In this document: in pieces, positions 8,887 through 18,558 of the stretch
Layout of the letters: each line of letters opens with the position of its first letter
Position numbering within the stretch: position 1 is the first letter of the stretch
NCBI GenBank assembly: GCA_963814215.1
Contig: CAWFCM010000008.1
Span: 2,539-66,538 of the forward strand
Source: an uncultured Alphaproteobacteria bacterium
Lineage (GTDB): Bacteria > Pseudomonadota > Alphaproteobacteria > Rhizobiales > Xanthobacteraceae
Direction: 5' to 3'
DNA: 64,000 bases
The notes under the pieces: generated by a model
What the model saw: only the letters and a program-made list of their open reading frames with translations
Told to the model about the DNA's origin: nothing
The model's database searches: none
Made by a program: the position numbers and the translations under genes

Positions 8887-9252
8887 ATGGCCGAAAAATT
8901 CGTCGCGAAAGCCTCGGAATTCAAGGACGGCGACCGCCGTATCGTGTTCATCGGTGAGCATGAGATTGGCGTGTTCCGCCACGAAGGCCAGATCTACGCC
9001 TACAGCAATTTTTGCCTGCACCAGGGCGGCCCGGCGTGCGAAGGCTTGACCATCGCTGCGGTCGAGGAGCGCCTGCGCCCCGACCAGACTTCCCAGGGCT
9101 TATACTTCTCGGAAACCGAGATGCATTTCGTCTGCCCCTGGCACGGCATGGAATACGACATGAAGACCGGCGAGTGTGTCAGCGACCGCAAGATGAAGCT
9201 GCGCAGCTACAAGGTGCTCGAAAAGGGAGACGAAATTTATGTCGTCGCGTAA
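8887..9252 (+). CDS. Rieske [2Fe-2S] domain protein
   Basis: 121 aa with the Rieske motifs CLHQGGP (C-x-H) and CPWHGMEY (C-x-x-H). Confidence 0.85.
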   Translation: MAEKFVAKASEFKDGDRRIVFIGEHEIGVFRHEGQIYAYSNFCLHQGGPACEGLTIAAVEERLRPDQTSQGLYFSETEMHFVCPWHGMEYDMKTGECVSDRKMKLRSYKVLEKGDEIYVVA

Positions 9253-9649
9253 GGCCGCAGCCGCCAAGGCACGCCCCGCTTCGAGCGCGAAGCCGAAGGG
9301 CAAGCCTGCCGTTGCAAAGCCTGTCGCCATCAAGGCTTCTCTCAGCAAGCCTCGGGTCGTCGCCAGCAACAGCGGCGTATCGGCCGATGCAATTCGTCTC
9401 GCCGCCGACATCGAGCGCGAGTTCGCCAAGAACGATCAGGCGCTGTCGCCGGATGCGATGCAAAAGCTGATGACCGCGCTGTGCCGGGTTTACGCCGCGC
9501 AGGTCGAGAACGGCGCCAATCACACACCGATTCCGGAAGGGCAAGTGGTGAGCCCGACCGGCGTGATGCTGACGGCGAGCGGATTGTTGCGCGCCGCCAA
9601 TCTTGCAGTGTTCGAATTGGGGATGTGGCAAAGCTGGACTGGGCGCTAA
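9239..9649 (+). CDS. Hypothetical protein with a Lys/Ala/Pro-rich N-terminal tail
   Basis: 136-aa ORF. Its ATG overlaps the Rieske gene by 14 nt and sits between operon partners. No family was recognised. Confidence 0.5.
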   Translation: MSSRKAAAAKARPASSAKPKGKPAVAKPVAIKASLSKPRVVASNSGVSADAIRLAADIEREFAKNDQALSPDAMQKLMTALCRVYAAQVENGANHTPIPEGQVVSPTGVMLTASGLLRAANLAVFELGMWQSWTGR

Positions 9650-9688
9650 GAGCGTCGTTCGAGAAATCGGATTTCGGGAGATGACGTC

Positions 9689-10933
9689 ATGGACCTTATT
9701 GCTGATCGCGGCCGGCGCGTAACAGTTGAGGAACTGAACACCAGCCAGCTGCTCGCACACGCGCGCAAACAGGCGGTGCAGCGCAAGCTCGACGACATGC
9801 TGATCGTCGACGTCGACGCCCACCACTACGAGAACGAGCACTTCGGCGAAATCCTGCCGTTCATGGAGAACGATGTCTTCAAGCAGCTCGCCATGTCGGG
9901 CACCAGCAAGACCCGGGGACGCGGCGCCATCACGCCGCAGACCATGGGCTACCAGGACATGGGCGGCCGCGTGACGCGCTATCCAATGCGCGGCACCGAG
10001 AAGACGCCGGACGGCAAGTTCCGCGACGTCGAGCTCGGTCACCGCTGGATGGACGCGATGAGCGTCGACTACTCGTGCCTGTTCCCGACCGGCATGCTTT
10101 CAATCGGCCTGCACCCGCAGGCCGAGATGGAGGTCGAGCTGTGCTGGGCCTACAACCGCTGGCTCACCGAGAAGGTGCTGCCGGATTCGGCGGGCCGCTT
10201 TTTCTCGATGCTGACGCTGCCGTTCTCCGATCCCGATGCCTGCCTGCGCGCGGTGGAGGAGTTCGGCCACCGCAAGCACGTCGGCGGCTTCATGGTCACG
10301 ACCGTCCGTAACAACCTGGCGGTCAACGACAACCGCTACATGAAGGTCTATCGCGCGATCGAGGAGCGCGGCCTGGTGCTGTCGTTCCACTCCGGTCCGA
10401 ACTGGGGCGAGCCGATCTTCAAGAGCTGCAACCGCTTCCTCACCGCGCATGCGCTCGGCTTCACCTGGTACAACATCGTCAACCTGTCGAACTGGGTCAT
10501 CAACGGCATGGGCGAGCGCTTCCCGAAGCTGCCGGTGGTGTGGATCGAGTCCGGCCTCGCGTGGGTCCCGTTCCTGATGCAGAAGCTCGACCACGAGTAC
10601 ATGCTGCGCCCGTCGGAGGCGCCGCTGCTGAAGAAGAAGCCGTCGGACTATATGCGCGACATGTACTACTCGTCGCAGCCGATGGAGATCCAGGACATGG
10701 GAGCGCTGGAGACGACGTTCCGCATGATCAACGCGGAAACCCAGCTCATGTACTCCTCGGACTATCCGCACTGGGACTTCGACCTGCCGGCGACGATCAC
10801 GGATCTGAAGTTCCTGTCCGAGAAGGGCAAGCACAACATTCTCGGCGGCACCGCAGCGCGGCTGTTCAAGCTCAATCCGCGCAACGCGAAGCAGAAAGAG
10901 AACCTGATCAAGTTCGGCAACGCCGCGGCCTAA
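9689..10933 (+). CDS. Amidohydrolase_2 (ACMSD/LigW-type metal-dependent hydrolase/decarboxylase) family protein
   Basis: 414 aa. GGGAG lies upstream of the ATG. Motifs are VDVDAHHYE and YSSDYPHWDFD. Confidence 0.8.
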   Translation: MDLIADRGRRVTVEELNTSQLLAHARKQAVQRKLDDMLIVDVDAHHYENEHFGEILPFMENDVFKQLAMSGTSKTRGRGAITPQTMGYQDMGGRVTRYPMRGTEKTPDGKFRDVELGHRWMDAMSVDYSCLFPTGMLSIGLHPQAEMEVELCWAYNRWLTEKVLPDSAGRFFSMLTLPFSDPDACLRAVEEFGHRKHVGGFMVTTVRNNLAVNDNRYMKVYRAIEERGLVLSFHSGPNWGEPIFKSCNRFLTAHALGFTWYNIVNLSNWVINGMGERFPKLPVVWIESGLAWVPFLMQKLDHEYMLRPSEAPLLKKKPSDYMRDMYYSSQPMEIQDMGALETTFRMINAETQLMYSSDYPHWDFDLPATITDLKFLSEKGKHNILGGTAARLFKLNPRNAKQKENLIKFGNAAA

Positions 10934-10955
10934 CCGCTTCGGTCTCGCGTGTTGC

Positions 10956-10989
10956 GACGGGCGGCACTTGGGCCGCCCGTCTTGCTTTT
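10956..10989 (+). terminator. Rho-independent-terminator-like hairpin downstream of the amidohydrolase gene
   Basis: A perfect 10-bp stem gacgggcggc / gccgcccgtc with loop acttgg is followed by ttgctttt. Confidence 0.55.
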
Positions 10990-11019
10990 GGGGCGGCGTT
11001 CTGGGCACGCTTTGCGCTC

Positions 11020-12189
11020 ATGCACCGCGACACCGACCGCATCCTGACCACCCACACCGGCAGCCTGCCGCGGCCGGAGGCGCTGACGCAGCTTTACGTC
11101 AAGCGCTCGCGCGGCGAGCCGGTCAACGAGGCAGAGATCGAGCGGATCGGCCGCGACGCGGTGCGTGACGTCGTCGCCAGGCAGCGCGAGGCCGGCATCG
11201 ACATCGGCAACAACGGCGAGCAGCAGCGCGACTCGTTCTTTCTCTATCTGCGCTCGCGGCTGTCCGGCCTCGGCGGAAGCTGGACGCGGCCGACTCGCGG
11301 CGACGTCGATCGCTACCCCGAATTCCAGAAGCTGTGGGCCAGGCAATATGGCGGTACGGTCGGTGTTTCCAACCTGATGGGAATCCCGAAAACAATCGGC
11401 GCCATCAGCTATCTCGACGACGCCGCGATCAACGACGAGTGCCGGCACTTCAAGTCGGTGCTCGACAGCGCGCCACACAAGTTCGCCGAGCCCTTCATGT
11501 GTGCGCCCTCACCGGGCATCGTCGCGCTCGCTTGCAAGAACGAGCATTACGACACGCTCGACAATTACCTCGCCGCGCTCGGCCGCGCCTTGCAGGTCGA
11601 GTACGACGCCATCGTTAAGCACGGCTATCTGTTGCAGATCGATGCGCCCGATCTCGCGCTGGAGCGGCACATCACCTACAAGGACCAGCCGGTGTCGGCG
11701 TTCCAGGATTTCGTGGAGAAGACGATCGCGACGATCAATACCGCGCTGGCCAACGTGCCGCGCGACCGCGTCCGCCTGCATGTCTGCTGGGGCAATTCGG
11801 AATCGCCGCACGACCGCGACGTGCCGCTTGAGGACATCCTGCCGATCCTGCGCAAGGCCAAGGTCGGTGGCTTCGTGCTGCCGTTCGCCAATCCGCGCCA
11901 TGCCCACGAGTTCAAGCTGTTCGGGAAGATGCCACTCGACGACGATCAGATCCTTGTCGCCGGCGTGATCGACAGCCTGACCAATTTTGTCGAGCACCCG
12001 GAGGTGGTGGCGGACCGCATCGAGCGGGTTGCCGCCGTGGTCGGCGATCCATCCCGTGTGCAGGCCGGCACCGACTGCGGCTTCGACACCTCGGCGGGCT
12101 GGGGCCGCGTCGCCGGTGATGTGGTGTGGACCAAGCTCAAGAGCCTGAGCGAAGGCGCACGGATCGCATCGAAGCGGCTGTTTGCCTGA
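11020..12189 (+). CDS. MetE-C-terminal-like (cobalamin-independent methionine synthase / CIMS-URO-D superfamily) zinc protein, copy 1
   Basis: An internal ATG of ORF 10540..12189 is taken as the start (MHRDTDRILTTHTGSLPRP). Motifs are RLHVCWGN (H-x-C) and AGTDCGF. The portion upstream of 11020 overlaps the amidohydrolase gene and the terminator. Confidence 0.8.
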   Translation: MHRDTDRILTTHTGSLPRPEALTQLYVKRSRGEPVNEAEIERIGRDAVRDVVARQREAGIDIGNNGEQQRDSFFLYLRSRLSGLGGSWTRPTRGDVDRYPEFQKLWARQYGGTVGVSNLMGIPKTIGAISYLDDAAINDECRHFKSVLDSAPHKFAEPFMCAPSPGIVALACKNEHYDTLDNYLAALGRALQVEYDAIVKHGYLLQIDAPDLALERHITYKDQPVSAFQDFVEKTIATINTALANVPRDRVRLHVCWGNSESPHDRDVPLEDILPILRKAKVGGFVLPFANPRHAHEFKLFGKMPLDDDQILVAGVIDSLTNFVEHPEVVADRIERVAAVVGDPSRVQAGTDCGFDTSAGWGRVAGDVVWTKLKSLSEGARIASKRLFA

Positions 12190-12197
12190 CTTGTTGC

Positions 12198-13397
12198 TCA
12201 GCGTGCCGCTGTGGCAGCGGCCCGATCGCTCGCGCCCGAGACCAGCGTGTCGGGGTAGAACTCCTTGAGCCGTGGATAGACCTCGCGTGCGAACATGCGA
12301 ATGCCGTGCACCGTGTCGTCGTGCTCGAGGAAGCCGGCCTGGCCCATGATCAGCAGTTGGCCGTAACCGCCGACGTGATCGTAGTGCTTCTTGATCTGCA
12401 CCAACACCTGGTCGGGCGTGCCGGCGAACATGATGCCGCTCTCGATCGCGACATCGACGTTCATGCCGCCACGCCGGAACGCACTGAGCGGATTTTCCGC
12501 GCCGCGCAGCATCTGCACGTTGGCGGCGACCGGTACATAGCCGGGCGGGTTGGCAAAATGCGGCGGCACCTTGTTCGAGGTGACGTACCACAAGAGCTTC
12601 TCGGCGCCGGCGCGCGCCCGCGCTTCGTTGTCGCCCACATAGATCAGCGCCGCATAGGCCAGTCGGTCGATCGGCACGTTGTCGCCACGACCGGCCTCGC
12701 GCCAGCCGCGGCGATAACCTTCATAGACCCGCTTGGTGGCGTCGAAGCCGGTCAGGAACGTGGCCTGGATAAAGCCGCGCCTGCCGACCTCGGCGGCGCC
12801 GCCCGGGCTCGTGGTGCTCACCCACACCGGCGGGTGGGGCTGCTGGTAGCAGCGCGGCCAGATGTTGATGGCGCGGTGATGGAAGAACCGGCCCTCGTGG
12901 CTGAACGGCCCGTCGTGCGTGGTCCACGCTTTGACGATCAGGTCGAGCGCCTCCCAATGCCGCTCGTTCATCCGCACCGGATTGCTGTTGGCAGGCAGGA
13001 TTTCGTACGGTACGCCGCGCACGAAGCCGGCCTCCAGCCGCCCGTGCGACAGCACGTCGATCATCGCCATCTCCTCGGCGACGCGCACCGGCTGGCGGCG
13101 GTTGGCGATCGGGTTGCCGAGGATCAGGAGCCGCGCCTTCTTGGAGAGGCGCGCCAGCGCCGCCAGCATCAGCGGCGCCGCCGGATCGACGCAGGTCGCG
13201 GTCTGATGATGCTCGTTGAGCATGATCTCGACGCCCTCGTCCTCGGCGATCAGCCATTCGTCGATGTAGCGATCGTAGAGCGTGGCGCCCTTTTCCGGAT
13301 CGTAGATGCGGTTGGGCAGCGAGACGCGGATCGATGGATAGGTTTCGGCTGGCGGCAAGTACGGATACGCCGTCTCACTGAAGTGCCAGGCTCTCAT
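12198..13397 (-). CDS. Luciferase-like (LLM class) flavin-dependent oxidoreductase
   Basis: Start is at MRAWHFSETAYPYLP (residue 81 of ORF 12198..13637), with an ATGA overlap with the upstream hydrolase. Motifs are MLNEHHQT and GRLEAGFVRG. Confidence 0.8.
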   Translation of the reverse strand: MRAWHFSETAYPYLPPAETYPSIRVSLPNRIYDPEKGATLYDRYIDEWLIAEDEGVEIMLNEHHQTATCVDPAAPLMLAALARLSKKARLLILGNPIANRRQPVRVAEEMAMIDVLSHGRLEAGFVRGVPYEILPANSNPVRMNERHWEALDLIVKAWTTHDGPFSHEGRFFHHRAINIWPRCYQQPHPPVWVSTTSPGGAAEVGRRGFIQATFLTGFDATKRVYEGYRRGWREAGRGDNVPIDRLAYAALIYVGDNEARARAGAEKLLWYVTSNKVPPHFANPPGYVPVAANVQMLRGAENPLSAFRRGGMNVDVAIESGIMFAGTPDQVLVQIKKHYDHVGGYGQLLIMGQAGFLEHDDTVHGIRMFAREVYPRLKEFYPDTLVSGASDRAAATAAR

Positions 13398-14200
13398 GTC
13401 GCGTCTCCGTCCAGGAATTCGAGGACTACCTTGACCAGCGCCTGCGGCTGCTCGAGATGCGGCGCGTGTCCGGCGGCCGGGATAACGACGGTGCGCGCGT
13501 TCGGCAGCAGTTTGGCATAGGCCTGCAGATAGTCCGCCGACACCAGGCCGTCGCTCTCGCCGCGCACGAACAGCGACGGCATCCGGGCTCGATGGAGCCG
13601 ATGCTTGAGCTTGGGATTGTGCATCCACGGCTCCCAAACCATCAGCGCCAGCGTCTCGCGGCTGCGAAACAGCGCGGCTAGCTCCTCGTCCGACATTTTC
13701 GTGATGTCGGGCTTCATTTTCTCAGGATCGTGGAACAGAAGCTTCGCGGCGTCGTCCTGCGACATGGCGAAAATGTCGGGAATATCGAGTTTGTCGGGGC
13801 CGCCAACCTTCACGCCAACCGGCCCGATCATAACCAGCCGGCGGATGCGCTCCGGCACCATGGTCGCCAGCTCAGCGGCGATCCAGCCGCCGATCGAGGC
13901 GCCGACGATGTCCGCCGCGCCGCCAAGATCGAGCCGGTCGAGCAACTCCAGATAGACGTGCGCGACATCGTCCATGCGGTCGAGCCAGTCCGGCAAGCTC
14001 GATTTGCCGAAGCCAGGATGCAGCGGCACGATCAGCCGGCGCTTCGCGGCAAGCAACGAAACGAACGGCTGGGCCGGGTTGAATCCCTGTCCGCCATGCA
14101 ACCAGATCAGCGGAGCGCCGCTTCCCGCCTCGAACAATTCGAGGTCGATTTCTCCGATCTTGATCGTGGTGGTCGGCAAGTGCGGCGTCTCCCCGTTCAT
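13394..14200 (-). CDS. Alpha/beta hydrolase (meta-cleavage-product-hydrolase-like)
   Basis: 268 aa with LHGGQGF, the nucleophile elbow GASIGGW and a C-terminal AGHAPHLEQP. Confidence 0.85.
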   Translation of the reverse strand: MNGETPHLPTTTIKIGEIDLELFEAGSGAPLIWLHGGQGFNPAQPFVSLLAAKRRLIVPLHPGFGKSSLPDWLDRMDDVAHVYLELLDRLDLGGAADIVGASIGGWIAAELATMVPERIRRLVMIGPVGVKVGGPDKLDIPDIFAMSQDDAAKLLFHDPEKMKPDITKMSDEELAALFRSRETLALMVWEPWMHNPKLKHRLHRARMPSLFVRGESDGLVSADYLQAYAKLLPNARTVVIPAAGHAPHLEQPQALVKVVLEFLDGDAT

Positions 14201-14288
14201 CGTTCAGAGCTTCGCCTGGTTTGTCAATTTCCGAACGCGGCGATAGGCTATGCTGAAACCAAGCTATTCATTGGGTGGGGAGGCACGC

Positions 14289-15266
14289 ATGTCACGACCA
14301 CAACTGGCTTTCGTTTTTGCTACGTCGCTGGCCTTTGTGTCCGGCGCAAACGCGGCTGACGTGCGCTTGCTGTCGAGTTGGGACAAGACCAATCCCGCGG
14401 TCGCCGCGCTCGCCGATAACTTCACCAAGGGCGTGGAGACAGCGACGAAGGGCAATACCAAGTTCATCGTCAGCGGTCCGGAGACCGTTCCGCCGTTCGA
14501 GCAGTTGCAGCCGGTAGCGTCCGGCGTCTTCCAGATGCTGTTCACCCACGGTGTCTATCACTATGGCACAACCGGCATGGCGATCCCGATGGACGCCACG
14601 CGCGGCGATATAGAAGCGCGTCGCAAGTCGGGAATGTACGAGGCGATCGACAAGCACTACAACAAGCTTGGCCTGAAGGTCGTCGCGATCGCGATCTCGG
14701 CGACCAAGGGCTACCACATGGTGCTGCGCGCGCCGGTCAGTCCTGCAGGCGACCTGCAGGGCCGCAAGATCCGTGGCACGCCGACCTATCACAATGTGAT
14801 CAATATGCTCGGCGCGTCGCCCGTCGTCCTGCCGGGCGGTGAGGTCTATGCCGCGCTGGAGAAAGGCGTGGTCGACGGCGCCTCATGGCCGGCGTCCGGC
14901 GTGCTCGGTATGCGTTGGTACGAGGTTGCCAAGCACATGCTGCGGCCGACGTTCGGGCTCAGCCACTATTTGTTCCTGATGAACCTCAACGCCTGGAATC
15001 GTCTCACTGAAGCCGAGCGCAACATTTTCCTCGCCGAGGGCCGCAAGGTCGAAGATATCTGGTTCAAAGAGTACGATCGGATGGTTGCTGAGGAAGAGGT
15101 CGAGTTGATCAAGCGCGGCATGCAGATCAGCGAAATGGGACCGGCGCAGAGGGAAAAGCTGCAAGCGGCGTGGGCAAGCTCGCAATGGGAACTCGCCGAG
15201 AAGAAGAACGGCCAGGAGGCCAAGGACCTGCGCGCGATGCTCAAGAGCAAAGGCCTGACCGACTAG
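14289..15266 (+). CDS. TRAP transporter substrate-binding protein (DctP family)
   Basis: The ATG at 14289 is preceded by GGGGAGG and followed by the signal peptide MSRPQLAFVFATSLAFVSGANA. It lies directly upstream of small and large TRAP permease genes. Confidence 0.8.
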   Translation: MSRPQLAFVFATSLAFVSGANAADVRLLSSWDKTNPAVAALADNFTKGVETATKGNTKFIVSGPETVPPFEQLQPVASGVFQMLFTHGVYHYGTTGMAIPMDATRGDIEARRKSGMYEAIDKHYNKLGLKVVAIAISATKGYHMVLRAPVSPAGDLQGRKIRGTPTYHNVINMLGASPVVLPGGEVYAALEKGVVDGASWPASGVLGMRWYEVAKHMLRPTFGLSHYLFLMNLNAWNRLTEAERNIFLAEGRKVEDIWFKEYDRMVAEEEVELIKRGMQISEMGPAQREKLQAAWASSQWELAEKKNGQEAKDLRAMLKSKGLTD

Positions 15267-15282
15267 CGCACGCCTGACCCCT

Positions 15283-15810
15283 GTGGCTTCCGTCATGCGA
15301 CGGCTCTGGCGGACGCTCGCCGATTTGCACGACAAGCTCACGGCGGCAAGCTTCGCCGGCTCTGCCGCCGTGCTGGCCGCGATCGCATTCTCGTTCTGTT
15401 ACGAAGTCGTAGCGCGCTATTTCTTCGCCGCGCCGACAAGCTGGGCCAACGCTTTCGTTTCGTACTTCCTATGCGCCGCGATCTTCCTCGCTGTCCCGGA
15501 GCTGACGCGGCGGCGCGTTCACGTCGCGATCAACCTTCTGCTTGAGCGATTGCCGACCAGGCCGGCGCTCGCACTCACGCGCCTGATCCGCGCCGCCGGC
15601 GCCGTGGCCTGCCTGCTGGCAACTTGGATCACCGCCAATGCCACGCTGGAGCAGATCAACCTCGGCATCGATACGATCTCGGCTTATCCAGTGCCGAAGT
15701 GGTGGGTATCGATCTTCATTCCTTACGGGATGCTGAGCGCGGGCCTCTACTTCCTGCGTGACCTCATCGCCGACGAAACTGTGCGCGGCCCTGCGAGTCT
15801 GATGCCATGA
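15283..15810 (+). CDS. TRAP transporter small permease (DctQ family)
   Basis: 175-aa hydrophobic protein with 4 predicted helices. The start codon is uncertain (GTG 15283 or ATG 15295). Its stop overlaps the next gene. Confidence 0.8.
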   Translation: MASVMRRLWRTLADLHDKLTAASFAGSAAVLAAIAFSFCYEVVARYFFAAPTSWANAFVSYFLCAAIFLAVPELTRRRVHVAINLLLERLPTRPALALTRLIRAAGAVACLLATWITANATLEQINLGIDTISAYPVPKWWVSIFIPYGMLSAGLYFLRDLIADETVRGPASLMP

Positions 15811-17129
15811 TGACCTGGTGGGTCGCACTGTCAGGCGGTATCGGCCTTCTGCTGGCGCTACTGTTTCTCGGCATCCCAGTGTTCGTGGCGTTCCTGCTGC
15901 TCAACGTGGCTGGCATTTTGGTGCTGATGGGTCCTGCCGGCTTCGGCCTGTTCGCCAACAGCATCTTCACCACCGCGACCATCACCGCGCTCGCCACCGT
16001 GCCGCTATTCATCGTGATGGGCGAAATTCTGTTCCGCTCCGGAGCCATGGAAGCGGTGTTCGATTCGCTCGACCGTTTGGTGGGCCGGATCAGAGGACGC
16101 CAATACGTGCTGTGCATTCTGCTGTCGGCAATCCTCGGTGCGCTGTCGGGCGCCGCCATGGCGGTCGCCGGTCTGCTCGGACGCTCACTGTTTCCCGAGA
16201 TGCGCCGGCGCGGCTACGACACGCGGCTCTCCGCCGGCACGATACTCGGCGGCGCCTGCCTCGACCCGATCATTCCGCCGAGCGTGCTTGCCATTCTGAT
16301 TGCGACACTCGCGGAAATCTCGACGGCGGGGCTGCTGATTGCTGGCATCATCCCCGGCCTTCTGCTGATGAGCCTGTTCCTGGTCTATGTGCTCTACCGG
16401 GTCTGGCGCAATCCGTCGCTTGCGCCCGACATTGCGGCCGACACCGACGTGGGTAAGACGAAAACCAATGTCGCATTCGCGGTGCTTCGCATCCTGCCCT
16501 GCGCCTTCGTGTTCTTCATGGTGATGGGTCTGATCATGTTCGGCGTCGCCACGCCCACGGAAGCGGCGGCGACGGGCGTGGCCGGAGCGATCGTCGTGGC
16601 GCTGATCTACCGCAAATTCTCGTGGCGGATGCTGGTCGATGCCTTCACCACCGCGGCGACGGTGTCGGCGCTGCTGCTGGTCATCATGTGCTGCGCGGTG
16701 ATGTTCAGCCAGCTCCTGACTTTCACCGGTGCGACACGCGCGGTCGCCGAGGTCGTCGCTGGTCTCAATCTGCCGGCCATCGCCATGCTGTTCTGCATGC
16801 TGGCGCTGCCGTTCGTGCTGTTCATGTTCCTGGACCAGCTCGCGCTGATGCTGGTGCTGATCCCGATCTACCAGCCGCTGCTCAAGCTCTACGCCTTCGA
16901 CCCGATCTGGTTCTGGACCTTGTTCCTGATCGTGGCGACCGTAGGCGGGCTGACACCGCCGTTCGGCTACGTTCTATTTGCCCTCAAGAGTGCGGCGCCC
17001 GACCTGCCGACCACGGAAATCTACCGCGCCTCCTGGCCGTTCGTCTGGTTAATCGTGCTTGGCATGGTGATCCTGGTGATGTTCCCGAGCCTGGTGACGA
17101 TGCTGCCGAACCTCACCAAGCCGTCGTGA
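15807..17129 (+). CDS. TRAP transporter large permease (DctM family)
   Basis: 440-aa polytopic membrane protein with an ATGATGA overlap with the small permease. Confidence 0.9.
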   Translation: MMTWWVALSGGIGLLLALLFLGIPVFVAFLLLNVAGILVLMGPAGFGLFANSIFTTATITALATVPLFIVMGEILFRSGAMEAVFDSLDRLVGRIRGRQYVLCILLSAILGALSGAAMAVAGLLGRSLFPEMRRRGYDTRLSAGTILGGACLDPIIPPSVLAILIATLAEISTAGLLIAGIIPGLLLMSLFLVYVLYRVWRNPSLAPDIAADTDVGKTKTNVAFAVLRILPCAFVFFMVMGLIMFGVATPTEAAATGVAGAIVVALIYRKFSWRMLVDAFTTAATVSALLLVIMCCAVMFSQLLTFTGATRAVAEVVAGLNLPAIAMLFCMLALPFVLFMFLDQLALMLVLIPIYQPLLKLYAFDPIWFWTLFLIVATVGGLTPPFGYVLFALKSAAPDLPTTEIYRASWPFVWLIVLGMVILVMFPSLVTMLPNLTKPS

Positions 17130-17307
17130 AGTTTGGGAAGCCTGAATCACGGCAAAGACAATGACAATAGCGGTCATGCGGATATCGCGTCAGCTAAGAA
17201 GTTAGATTCTTCTGTTTGCCGGTACGTATTGGACCGAGGCTCGTGTCCTGCCGCCGACGCTACTCGCTCGCGCCGACAAGGTGGTGGAATAGTCCCGATG
17301 TCGTTAT

Positions 17308-17414
17308 TGGCACATCGCGTCATTACGCGGCAACGCAGCAATTCGGTCGCTTTGGGAGCGAAGCGGACATTGAGCAAGCCGCCCTTGCTGAATGGAATTT
17401 ATGAGCGCGCGCCC
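17308..17414 (+). repeat. Dispersed ~107-bp repeat, copy A (TGGCAC..CGCGTCATT..GGTCGCT.TTGG..GC..AGCGGACAT..TATGAG..CGCGCCC)
   Basis: Aligns by eye over its full length with 32537-32644, and over parts with 20524-20625 (reverse), 23655-23733 and 60655-60720. Confidence 0.7.
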
Positions 17415-17424
17415 TAAGCGACCC

Positions 17425-18399
17425 TCACTCGATCTTGATCTTTGCCGCCTCGATCACGGTCTTCCAGCGTTTCGTTTCCGCCACGACATAACCGCGGAAT
17501 TCCTCCGGCGAAACGTCCCAGTGAACCGCGCCCTCGGTGTTCAGGCGCTTGCCGATGTCGGGCGATGCCATCGCCGTGCGGATTTCGTCGTGCAGCCGCC
17601 GCACGACCGGTTCCGGCAAGCCGGCAGGACCGACGATGCCGTACCACGCCGACAGATCGAAGCCAGGCAAGGTCTCGGCGATCGCCGGAATATCCGGCGC
17701 GATCGACAGCCGACTTTTGGTCGAGACGCCGAGCGCGCGCAGCGTGCCGGCGCGCACGTGCGGCAGCAGCGATACGCCACTGGTGAACGTGGCTTGGACC
17801 TGTCCCGAGATCACGTCGCCGACCGATTGTGGCGTGCCGCGATAGGGCACGTGTGTCATGACGGTGCCGGAGGCGACGTTGAACGCCGCCATCGCGATGT
17901 GCGCGGCGCCGCCGGTGCCGGCGCTGCTGAAGTTCAGCTTGCCGGGGTTGGCCTTGGCGTAATCGATCAACTCCTTGATGGACTGCACCGGCACCGAAGG
18001 ATTGACCACGATCACGTTGGGCACGATCGCGAGCGGCGCGATGTAGGAGAACGCCAGCGGATCGTATTGCAGGTTGGCGTAGAGGCTCGGATTGACCGCC
18101 AGGATGCCGATGTGGCCGAGCAGAAGCGTGTGGCCGTCTGGTGCGGAGCGCGCGACAGTGGTCGCGCCGATGCCGCCGCCGGCCCCCGGCCGATTGTCGA
18201 CGATCACAGGCCGGCCGAGGCCAGGCGCGATCTTTTCTCCGACCGAGCGCGCCAGGATGTCGGTCAGTCCGCCCGGCGTGAACGGCACGACGACGGTGAT
18301 GTTCGCGGACGGCCAGGCCGATTGCGCCCGCGCGAAGCGCGGCATGAAAGACGCCGCGGCGGCGGCGGGAATAAAGCCAAGGACATCGCGTCGGCGCAC
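17425..18399 (-). CDS. Bug/TctC-family periplasmic substrate-binding protein
   Basis: 324 aa with a Tat-like signal MRRRDVLGFIPAAAAASFMPRFARAQ, then VVVPFTPGGLTD, DNRPGAGG and SAPDGHTLLL. Confidence 0.9.
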   Translation of the reverse strand: MRRRDVLGFIPAAAAASFMPRFARAQSAWPSANITVVVPFTPGGLTDILARSVGEKIAPGLGRPVIVDNRPGAGGGIGATTVARSAPDGHTLLLGHIGILAVNPSLYANLQYDPLAFSYIAPLAIVPNVIVVNPSVPVQSIKELIDYAKANPGKLNFSSAGTGGAAHIAMAAFNVASGTVMTHVPYRGTPQSVGDVISGQVQATFTSGVSLLPHVRAGTLRALGVSTKSRLSIAPDIPAIAETLPGFDLSAWYGIVGPAGLPEPVVRRLHDEIRTAMASPDIGKRLNTEGAVHWDVSPEEFRGYVVAETKRWKTVIEAAKIKIE

Positions 18400-18558
18400 G
18401 CCGTTCCCTCCCTTGAAGACGCTGACAGCGTTTTAGACCGCCGCAGTGGGCAAGTGGGCAGCGTCTGTATCTTACCGTCTCACACTTCCGAGCAATCTGG
18501 AAAAGTTGCTATCGTTTTGCCCCGGCTGCCTGGCGCCGGAGAACAACGGACCAAACGA

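Noticed and set aside
10540-11019. N-terminal 160 codons of ORF 10540..12189.
   Set aside because: They overlap the amidohydrolase gene in another frame and run through a terminator hairpin. Homology to the paralogs begins at the ATG at 11020.
17392-18558. 5' half of the 793-aa ORF 17392..19773.
   Set aside because: It is antisense to the Bug binding-protein gene (17425-18399) and has a non-protein-like composition. The real gene starts at ATG 18559 (MQRSTRRILTTHTGSLPRP).
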